A stretch of 64,000 nt of DNA from a virus, in the IMG/VR virus record IMGVR_UViG_3300009175_000013, positions 1 to 64,000 of that record, one strand, 5' to 3'. The position numbers were made by a program, and so were the translations under genes. Shown here piece by piece: positions 58,380-64,000 of the stretch. Below the pieces are notes generated by a model. That model made no database searches. It saw only the letters and a list, made by a program, of their open reading frames with translations, and was not told the origin of the DNA. Position 1 is the first letter of the stretch, and each line of letters begins with the position of its first letter.

Positions 58380-58795
58380 TTACTTCTCCAGGCGCGGTCT
58401 TCACTCTGCACTTGGCAAGGATCAGCCGCGAACGCATCGCAATTAGCATTGATCAAAGCCTCCTCATCCTCGGTGGCACCACGCGCCAAACCCCGGATAA
58501 TTGAATAGTAATCCGTGAGAGGAGCGCAAGGGCAAGTTTGGTCCACCGCCGGAAGGACCAGTAGCCTTCTATTTCCTGTGAATCCCATGTTGGGGAGAAG
58601 CTCAATATATGAGCCTGGGATAGCCTCAAGGATATCGTTCACATCAGCGATTGATCCCTTGCATAAGCCTTGTAGGCGGATTTGGTTATCCATGGTCACG
58701 GAGGTAATGGTGGTCGAAGGCTCACACCCTGGAACTAAAATGCTACCACCATTCGGGCTTTGAATGACGTTGAACTTAATGCTCTTAGTGATCAT
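58376..58795 (-). CDS. Hypothetical protein
   Basis: Coupled ORF. Confidence 0.55.
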   Translation of the reverse strand: MITKSIKFNVIQSPNGGSILVPGCEPSTTITSVTMDNQIRLQGLCKGSIADVNDILEAIPGSYIELLPNMGFTGNRRLLVLPAVDQTCPCAPLTDYYSIIRGLARGATEDEEALINANCDAFAADPCQVQSEDRAWRSK

Positions 58796-58796
58796 A

Positions 58797-59558
58797 TTAG
58801 TACCGGTAAATCATGCTGGCATAGGGGTCATCTGACAACAGTAGGGCTTTCTCGTAAACCTCTTTCTGCAGCTCATACCCCTTAGTCTTCATGGCATCAC
58901 CATCCAGTGTCAGAGAGCCACCATCTGGACTTGGGATGCCACCGAACTTCCCACGGGCGTTGCCGAGCATGATCATGGTCTCGGCTAGCATAAGATCATA
59001 CACTAGCAGTTTGTTGGCCGGCGTACGCCATGTTGAGATCGCTGGGATATAGATCACGAAGACTGGAAACGATCCCTTGGGCGTGGGATATAGCCGGATC
59101 TTATTGTCGCCCAAACACTCCCAGTGACCCTCATTACCCAAAATGCGTTGGCTGAACCGGCGATATTGTTGCAGTAGTGTGTAGTCAGTAAGGATGGTCT
59201 GGATGCCAGTGATGTTTCCAATGTTTGCTGCGATAGACTTGGGGATACCGAGTCTTCGCCGATTTTTGTCCATTAAATCAGAATGCGGTGGAACCGAACC
59301 ACAAGATCGCAGGCACGCTTCTTCCCATGATTTCCCATGGTTAGCATCACCAGAAATAAAGTGGGCCATTTCGTCAGCCACAACATCGCCGGCGGCAGCA
59401 GTACAAAATTTATATTGTGATAAGAATATCTCCCCCGTGTTTAAGTCAGTAAACGCTCCCACATTTGCAATTGGAGCGAGCCTTATTTTTAGATTTCGGT
59501 ATAAATTTGCATTTGTAGTAACATCCTGCTCTCTGGGAATAGGCATAGTGGTGTTCAT
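58797..59558 (-). CDS. SprT-like metalloprotease domain fused to the C-terminal half of neck protein (gp13-like)
   Basis: aa 1-111: IFLS...VVADEMAH.....NHGKSW; from about aa 112: NIGNITG...IRLYPTP...LGNARGKFGGIPSPDGGSLTLDG. Confidence 0.75.
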   Translation of the reverse strand: MNTTMPIPREQDVTTNANLYRNLKIRLAPIANVGAFTDLNTGEIFLSQYKFCTAAAGDVVADEMAHFISGDANHGKSWEEACLRSCGSVPPHSDLMDKNRRRLGIPKSIAANIGNITGIQTILTDYTLLQQYRRFSQRILGNEGHWECLGDNKIRLYPTPKGSFPVFVIYIPAISTWRTPANKLLVYDLMLAETMIMLGNARGKFGGIPSPDGGSLTLDGDAMKTKGYELQKEVYEKALLLSDDPYASMIYRY

Positions 59559-60423
59559 GCGATACCTCGCTGAGTTCTTCTTTACTTTTGAACCATAATG
59601 TATAAGTTGTCTCTGGCTTAAGAGCTACCGGATTAACAAACTCAATCATGTTGGCATTAAACCCACCCAAGAATAATTCGTACCCAGCTTCACGCTCTTG
59701 TGCTGTCACTCCACGAAATTTTGCCCCAGCGTTTTTTGCAGCTTGAGATGCGTATAGATATTTATCTAGTGGTATCATGTTTTCGGCTGGTTTGACTTCA
59801 ATCCAACAATCTCCATTCGGTGATTGCACCGAAAAGTCCACAAAATACGTTCTTTGTTTGCCAGTTAACCTGTCAGCATATGGCACTCTAATTAGCTCAT
59901 AGTCCCAATTCTCAACAGATGTGTCGCTATCGAGTAGCAAAGCATAAGATAGCTCGTGAAGCGACTTGAAAAGATGAGGTCCATATCCATATCGTGACTT
60001 AGCTTTGTTGATTTTCTTGATGGTTTCTGGATTACACCCTGGGTGCCTATAACCAGTCTTCAACAAATACCTAAGCTGCATAGCCGCCGCCGCATGCTTG
60101 GGAGGCTTCTTTAGACCATATTTTCGAATTTTAGACCGGACAGTGTTAAAATGCAACCCCAACGATTCGGCTATGGTCTTTGCGTCTTTGTTCGCAATCA
60201 AGTATTCATTATATAAATATTTAGGGGTTAGAACTGATGTGTCTTTTCTGGTTTTAATAAACTCGGCATAGGCTATAGAGCTGTGGTTATGAAGCGAGGT
60301 ATCAACACCCAACTCCTTTAACTTACGTTTAACTGTTATTGGTGCACAACCGAATTCGCTTGCGCATTGCTTTAAAGTATGAGATGTGAAATACGCAACA
60401 AGTCGTGAGCAATCAATATTCAT
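59446..60423 (-). CDS. Free-standing PD-(D/E)XK (TnsA-like) endonuclease with HTH domains
   Basis: FKS..E......LD....V..WDYE...VPY.......YFVDF.......IEVKP; lower GC; own CAAACATA motif. Confidence 0.8.
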   Translation of the reverse strand: MNIDCSRLVAYFTSHTLKQCASEFGCAPITVKRKLKELGVDTSLHNHSSIAYAEFIKTRKDTSVLTPKYLYNEYLIANKDAKTIAESLGLHFNTVRSKIRKYGLKKPPKHAAAAMQLRYLLKTGYRHPGCNPETIKKINKAKSRYGYGPHLFKSLHELSYALLLDSDTSVENWDYELIRVPYADRLTGKQRTYFVDFSVQSPNGDCWIEVKPAENMIPLDKYLYASQAAKNAGAKFRGVTAQEREAGYELFLGGFNANMIEFVNPVALKPETTYTLWFKSKEELSEVSHEHHYAYSQRAGCYYKCKFIPKSKNKARSNCKCGSVY

Positions 60424-60459
60424 ATACTATGTTTGATTGCCCATTGTGTTATTAATATA

Positions 60460-61173
60460 TTAATGCACCAGTATCGGCTGGCCACCATGGCATCCGTAAA
60501 AACAATGTGCACCAACCACATATATTGTTGTGGTCGGCCCAAACCCAGCGGCCTTAACGTTTAAAATCTTGTTCTTGCAACCAACACCAATCGCCTCCCC
60601 AGTCACCGCTTTGGCTTCAACCCAATCATTGATCATGTCGTCGATACCATTGATTTTGATTGGGTGGTTCGGAGTGCACTTTAGCAGGCCACCCTCGTAC
60701 ACAACCTCAACCAGTTCTTGGTCTTGTTCGTGACGTTCTAAGATTAATTTGCGAGGTCCATATGGCGTTTTGGCTTTGAATTCGGGCTTCCACTCAGCCA
60801 AGTCCACAAGCACCCCATCGTCACGCAAAACCATCATCCCATCAGCAAAACAGAACAAGAAGCTCTCGGCCCCGAACACGTCGCCAATATTGGTTGAAAC
60901 TGGATCCCAAGCCACTTCTTGGACCCAGTAGGCATCATTGGGGAGTGGGTAGGTACTCACCAACGGGGTGCTGTAGAAAACGGCGAAACGCTGCTCTTTG
61001 GAGAGATAGTGGGCGATGAAGTTGCCCGTGGTCTTGAGCACGGTCTCCCACTGGTCTTCGCTGACTTCTACTTCTACGGAGGATAGACCTAATTTGGATA
61101 GGACATACTTTTTGATTGGTTCGCTGTCAACCTTCAAAACGTACGGCAGTTCAGACGGTCCCAGAATAGCCAT
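60460..61173 (-). CDS. N-terminal half of neck protein (gp13-like) fused to a Hint domain ending in His-stop
   Basis: IKKYVLSKLG...VEVEVSEDQ neck N-terminus; FLF|CFADG...CTPNHPI...ILVH*. Confidence 0.8.
   Translation of the reverse strand: MAILGPSELPYVLKVDSEPIKKYVLSKLGLSSVEVEVSEDQWETVLKTTGNFIAHYLSKEQRFAVFYSTPLVSTYPLPNDAYWVQEVAWDPVSTNIGDVFGAESFLFCFADGMMVLRDDGVLVDLAEWKPEFKAKTPYGPRKLILERHEQDQELVEVVYEGGLLKCTPNHPIKINGIDDMINDWVEAKAVTGEAIGVGCKNKILNVKAAGFGPTTTIYVVGAHCFYGCHGGQPILVH
60463..60852 (-). mobile_element. Hint/intein-like domain (130 aa) lacking terminal Asn and C-extein
   Basis: Block A Cys1, block B TPNH, block G ILVH immediately followed by TAA. Confidence 0.85.
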
Positions 61174-61227
61174 AGTTACCTCCGCTTTATGTTTGCAACG
61201 CGAAACTCAGCGGCTAGGCTGACCGGA

Positions 61228-61773
61228 TTATAAGGGGAAGTGCATCCCGCCGTGCCCGTAGATGACCCCGCCGACATCCATCTTGATCGTCTGCACGTCC
61301 ACAGAAGTAATGGCCGCTTCAAGCGATGTCTTCAGGGCTTTGCACGCAGCAGCGTTAGCAGCACTCGGCATGGTGTCAGTACTATACCCCTTTGGCCCAG
61401 ATGCGGGACCCTTCCAAACTTTCCCCACACTAATTAATGTCTTTTCGCCGTAGGGCACCGCGGCGCTGTCGTCATCGTAGAATCCCACTACGGTCACAGT
61501 GTCAGGAAATTCGCCCATTTGCGGCTTAACCGAGACAGCATTAACGGTGCTCGCCAGAGAATCAGCATCTACTGCCAACCCCCAATGTACTGCCCCACCA
61601 GGCGCTGCCATATTGATGCCAGGGCCAGTGCCAGACTCATTTTCGAGTGTGGTATAGAGATCGCCCCAGATGAGGTGGGCAATCCGCTCGCGGCTGCGCA
61701 CGATCTCAAACCGTTTCCCGCTACCCCGTTCCGGTACGATCTTGAAATAAGCCACGAATGGGATTCTATTCAT
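61228..61773 (-). CDS. Hypothetical late/virion protein
   Basis: GGAG RBS; CAAATATA motif upstream. Confidence 0.65.
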   Translation of the reverse strand: MNRIPFVAYFKIVPERGSGKRFEIVRSRERIAHLIWGDLYTTLENESGTGPGINMAAPGGAVHWGLAVDADSLASTVNAVSVKPQMGEFPDTVTVVGFYDDDSAAVPYGEKTLISVGKVWKGPASGPKGYSTDTMPSAANAAACKALKTSLEAAITSVDVQTIKMDVGGVIYGHGGMHFPL

Positions 61774-61811
61774 GTTTCGTCTCCAGTACAATATATTTGC
61801 ATAATCCCATA

Positions 61812-62039
61812 TTAGGCGTTCTCGATGGGAGGATCCAGCGGGGGAGCGTCGGCGGCTTCTTGGAACAGATCGCCACCGACACTATTTGGCTGCTCTTCTA
61901 CGAACTTGTCTGCACCCACTTCAAAAATAGTGACCTTACCAAAGGTGGCTGGATCATTGGGGCCAACCATAGCCGATAGGTCTTTCTGAGCTGCAACATC
62001 CACAGTAACTGGAAGGCCACGGTTTCTGCATCTTGACAT
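61812..62039 (-). CDS. Short paralog of the C-terminal half of 62137..62565
   Basis: RGLPVTV...QKDL.AMVG...GADKFV.EQ..SVGGDLF.EA...PP.ENA shared; GAGGTG RBS. Confidence 0.65.
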   Translation of the reverse strand: MSRCRNRGLPVTVDVAAQKDLSAMVGPNDPATFGKVTIFEVGADKFVEEQPNSVGGDLFQEAADAPPLDPPIENA

Positions 62040-62080
62040 ATTGCACCTCTGATGATATTTTTGCATAATCCCCAGATACA

Positions 62081-62108
62081 CCAGTGGCCCGGAATTCCGG
62101 GCCACTGG
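62081..62108. terminator. Perfect 28-bp palindrome (hairpin)
   Basis: CCAGTGGCCCGGAATTCCGGGCCACTGG. Confidence 0.6.
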
Positions 62109-62136
62109 CTGGGGTGTTTCTGAAAAGCCTGCTTGG

Positions 62137-62565
62137 TTAGGCGTTTTCGACTGGCGGAACGATTGGGGCTGCAGCGGAGGCTTCGGCGAAGAGGTCGCCG
62201 CCCACGCTGGCCGCCTGTTCCTGGACGAACTTGTCGGCACCAATCTGGAAGGTCTCGACCACGCCGACCAGAGTCGGGGCGTTGAGGCCAACCATCGCCT
62301 TCAAATCCTTCTGCGCCTGGAGGCCAACGGTGACCGGCAAGCCACGGGTAGCTCCCGCGCTGGCATGGCCCATGAACGGGCTGAAATCGGTCACAGTGGT
62401 AGTCCGGCCATTGTACTGGGTCCGGAATTCCGACCCTGGGACAACCAGGATCAGCTTACGCAGATGTCCGGTGAGGTTCTTGATCGAGTCGCCGCGGAGG
62501 TACTCACGCTGCGAACGAACGGTGCGGAAAATGTGAATTGCTGTGTTTAGGGGTTGGTCTGCCAT
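62137..62565 (-). CDS. Hypothetical late/virion protein
   Basis: AAGGAG RBS. Confidence 0.7.
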   Translation of the reverse strand: MADQPLNTAIHIFRTVRSQREYLRGDSIKNLTGHLRKLILVVPGSEFRTQYNGRTTTVTDFSPFMGHASAGATRGLPVTVGLQAQKDLKAMVGLNAPTLVGVVETFQIGADKFVQEQAASVGGDLFAEASAAAPIVPPVENA

Positions 62566-62671
62566 GATCTTGCTCCTTTACTCAGGCATGTCCTTTACTC
62601 AGGAAACACTCCATAAATACTTTTGCCCGAAACCCGTACTCTTGCAGTATTTAACCCAGCACGGAGGACCT

Positions 62672-64000
62672 ATGCACGACACATACCAGTCACCCCTAGT
62701 CACCCGCACCGCATCTACAGAAATGTCCCACATCTGGAGCGACAATAACAAATTCAAATTATGGCGTGGACTATGGTACGAGCTAGCCGCCGCTCAAGCC
62801 GCCCTCGGGATTCCCATTACCCCAGCTCAATTGGCAGAGCTCGCAAAGGCCATCAATATCCCCATTAACCACGCCAAGGCTGCAGAGTACGAAGCCAAAA
62901 CCAACCACGATGTCATGGCCCACATTAAACTGCTCGGAGACGACGCCCCCTCTGCGGCTGGCATTATCCATTTGGGTTCGACCAGCCAATTCGTAGTCGA
63001 CAACGCCGACTCGATCAGAATCAGATCATCCATCCAACTTATATTATCTAAACTGCGCAGCCTAGTCATATCAGTAGGCACCTTCGCCCAAGAACACCGC
63101 AGCGTCGCCACTTTGGCCTTGACCCATTTCCAGCCAGCCACGCCGACCACAGTCGGACGCAGAGCCGCATCGTGGTCATATGGTCTATACCTAGTTTACA
63201 CTGAACTGCTCGCCAAATTCCAAAACTTGCGAGCACTCGGAGCTAAAGGCGCGACCGGGACACAAGCCTCCTTTCTTGAACTATTCAGCGGGGATAAGGA
63301 AAAGGTTGATGAACTCGACCGGCGTGTCTGCCGGGCGATCGGTTTCGATGAAATCTACATGCTCAGTGGCCAAACCTATCCTAGAGTAGATGATAGCGTT
63401 CTTACCTGCCTGATCGCAAATTTGGCCGCCGAATGCCAGAAAATCACCACCGACATTCGGCTCCTCAGTGGTAAGGGAGAGATGGCCGAGTCCTTTTCTA
63501 AGGATCAGGTGGGCTCGTCCGCAATGCCCTATAAGAAGAACCCGCTCACGTGTGAACGTGTCTGCGGCCTATCCAAATTCATCATCGGCCTAGCAACTTC
63601 CTCTCTCTTGGTTACAAGCGAGCAATGGCTTGAACGCACCCTCGATGACTCCAGTGCCAGGAGATTAATCCTTCCAGAAGCCTTCCTCGCAATCGACGGC
63701 ATCCTCGAGTCTATGAATAAGATCTTCAAAGGTCTAGTCATCAACAAACGCGTAATTCAAGCACACCTGATGGATGAAATCGGATTCCTGGTCACTGAGA
63801 AAGTGCTAATGATCGCCTGCAAACACGGAGCTGACCGCCAGAAAGTACATGAGGCCATCAAGCAATGCGCCCTAAGCTGCCAAGGCGACACCTTCCTCCG
63901 GGAATTGCAAAAATTGCCAGAATTGGCCAGCATCGATATCGCCAAAGAATGCGCCGCCAGCAGTCTAATCGGCCTAGCCGAGGAGCAGACCATAAGATAT
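62672..64000 (+). CDS. purB: Adenylosuccinate lyase (partial, runs off right edge)
   Basis: Manual translation: MHDTYQSPLVTR.AS.EM, HDVMAH, IIHLGSTS, THFQPA, in-frame signature SSAMPYKKNP at ~63515; GGAGG RBS. Confidence 0.92.
   Translation, partial: MHDTYQSPLVTRTASTEMSHIWSDNNKFKLWRGLWYELAAAQAALGIPITPAQLAELAKAINIPINHAKAAEYEAKTNHDVMAHIKLLGDDAPSAAGIIHLGSTSQFVVDNADSIRIRSSIQLILSKLRSLVISVGTFAQEHRSVATLALTHFQPATPTTVGRRAASWSYGLYLVYTELLAKFQNLRALGAKGATGTQASFLELFSGDKEKVDELDRRVCRAIGFDEIYMLSGQTYPRVDDSVLTCLIANLAAECQKITTDIRLLSGKGEMAESFSKDQVGSSAMPYKKNPLTCERVCGLSKFIIGLATSSLLVTSEQWLERTLDDSSARRLILPEAFLAIDGILESMNKIFKGLVINKRVIQAHLMDEIGFLVTEKVLMIACKHGADRQKVHEAIKQCALSCQGDTFLRELQKLPELASIDIAKECAASSLIGLAEEQTIRY

Noticed and set aside
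59226-60462. Group I intron joining the neck halves (exon ends in U, insert starts TAA)
   Set aside because: The interval is almost fully protein-coding, with no visible P/Q/R/S core, and no terminal G directly precedes the Asn codon. It is not fully excluded without RT-PCR.
60460-60462. Stop-codon recoding or readthrough
   Set aside because: TAA, TAG and TGA all end genes normally in this window, and readthrough meets another stop (TAG) within about 10 codons.
61812-62291. 159-aa ORF as called in the track
   Set aside because: Its N-terminal part is an off-frame read of 62137..62565; the real start is probably ATG 62039.

Overview
This window is part of a large T4-like (myovirus) bacteriophage genome read in the standard genetic code. 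About 14.5-62.5 kb is a mostly minus-strand virion morphogenesis module: major capsid protein, scaffold, prohead protease, portal (HNH intein), an inverted large terminase (mini-intein), baseplate, tape measure, three tube paralogs, sheath and neck. Interleaved are a gp55-like sigma factor, a UvsW-like helicase, a primase, a DNA methyltransferase and several free-standing endonucleases. About 1-14.5 kb is an accessory region of short genes, and purB runs off the right edge. Three observations stand out. (1) The gp13-like neck gene is fractured: its N-half ends in a Hint/intein domain lacking the terminal Asn and any C-extein, while its C-half is fused behind a SprT-like metalloprotease domain, with an endonuclease gene between them. 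This is a candidate new protein trans-ligation system. (2) A ~470-nt non-coding RNA with two tandem circularly permuted tRNA-like (YrlA/Y-RNA-like) modules and periodic NAG repeats lies directly behind a conserved unknown gene. (3) Two small accessory proteins carry transplanted segments of the major capsid protein, one matching the T4 Gol-peptide region. Also noted are a CAAAnATA putative late promoter seen about 15 times and a candidate +1 frameshift in the gp26/gp51-like pair. All calls come from motif recognition by eye; no searches were run.
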